This document shows, in pieces, positions 16,223 to 16,898 of a DNA stretch of 16,898 nucleotides. The notes under the pieces are model-generated. The model did no database searches. It was not told the origin of the DNA and saw only the letters and a list, made by a program, of their open reading frames with translations. Both the position numbers and the translations under genes were made by a program. Source of the stretch: an uncultured Janthinobacterium sp. (lineage in GTDB: Bacteria > Vulcanimicrobiota > Vulcanimicrobiia > Vulcanimicrobiales > Vulcanimicrobiaceae); NCBI GenBank assembly GCA_964658025.1, contig CAZZXB010000062.1, forward strand, positions 1-16,898, in the 5' to 3' direction. Numbering within the stretch: the first letter of the stretch is position 1; every line of letters starts with the position of its first letter.

Positions 16223-16879
16223 ATGTCCATTCGGTTTCGCTCCTCGCTGCTCGCGCTCGCGTTGCTCTGCGAGAGCGGTTGCGCGCATACGGTCTCGCAG
16301 TTCATCGTCAAGACGCGGATCCGTCAGGGCGACGTCGCGCTCGCGCACAGCAATCCGACCGAGGCCGCCACGGCGTACAAGCTCGCGATCCGCATGGATC
16401 CGACGAACGCGCACGCGCGCAGCGGGCTCGCGACCGTGTTGCTCCAGATCGCGGCGCAAGAATTCGTCGCGTCGAAATTCGACGACGCGCTCGATACGCT
16501 CGCGCTCGCCGCGAAATACGATCCCGAGAGCGTTCGGCTCGCGGAACTGCGCTCCGAGGTGGAGCAGGCCCGCGTGAAGCGCGAGATCGTGCTATCGAAC
16601 TATCCGACGTATCGCGAACAGGGGATCGCGTTACGCCGTTCGTTCGCCGCGCTCCACCTGCAGAGTAACGCGATCGTCGCGAGCCTGCAGCGCTTCGATT
16701 ACAGCTTCGATTCGACCGAACTCACGCGCGCGATCCGGCAATCGACCGAACTCGGCGCGGACGTCGCGCGGCTGAGGTCCCGCCTGACGAACTACCGCCA
16801 ACTCGTCGAATCGGGTTCCCCGGAGAAGCCGAACGACGAGACCTTGGCGCCGGCGGCCTCGCTCTTACCGCTTCCGTAA
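16223..16879 (+). CDS. TPR-like helical repeat protein, putative lipoprotein
   Basis: SD GGAGG 16213-16217 and ATG 16223; MSIRFRSSLLALALLCESGC signal with imperfect lipobox; TPR-like units (AATAYKLAIRMDPTNAHARSGLA; ALDTLALAAKYDPES) then an amphipathic helical C-terminus. Confidence 0.75.
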   Translation: MSIRFRSSLLALALLCESGCAHTVSQFIVKTRIRQGDVALAHSNPTEAATAYKLAIRMDPTNAHARSGLATVLLQIAAQEFVASKFDDALDTLALAAKYDPESVRLAELRSEVEQARVKREIVLSNYPTYREQGIALRRSFAALHLQSNAIVASLQRFDYSFDSTELTRAIRQSTELGADVARLRSRLTNYRQLVESGSPEKPNDETLAPAASLLPLP

Positions 16880-16898
16880 ACGTCCGGCGGCGCGACGC

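Noticed and set aside
1..16898. CRISPR array, tRNA/rRNA, IS, prophage or defence system
   Set aside because: No spaced direct repeats, cloverleaf, transposase, integrase or nuclease motifs seen; nearly all sequence is assigned to genes.

Overview
High-GC bacterial chromosomal window (roughly 70% GC by eye), almost all housekeeping and cell-envelope genes. Bases 1-7613 (+) hold the conserved rpsB(3' end)-tsf-pyrH-frr-[69-aa ORF]-uppS-cdsA-dxr-rseP-ispG cluster. Next come a secreted Cu-amine-oxidase-N-terminal-like protein (+), a 235-bp gap and a minus-strand block (PduO-type cobalamin adenosyltransferase, CAT-like APC amino acid permease, DUF2079 membrane protein). The + strand then resumes with an archaeal/eukaryotic-type proS, a secreted hypothetical protein, an M16 peptidase, an Amj-family lipid II flippase and a TPR-like putative lipoprotein. 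Gene order and content are Terrabacteria-like; Eremiobacterota/Vulcanimicrobiota is my unverified guess. I found no mobile element, CRISPR array, tRNA or rRNA, and no clearly new multi-gene system. Best leads: (1) a recurring GAGG-N16-18-CGAA element resembling sigma-H promoters, often 9-10 nt before start codons (possible leaderless housekeeping transcripts); (2) an UppS lacking the E213 equivalent and the C-terminal RxG motif; (3) matching hairpins centred on the rpsB and frr stop codons; (4) a conserved-looking small ORF between frr and uppS.
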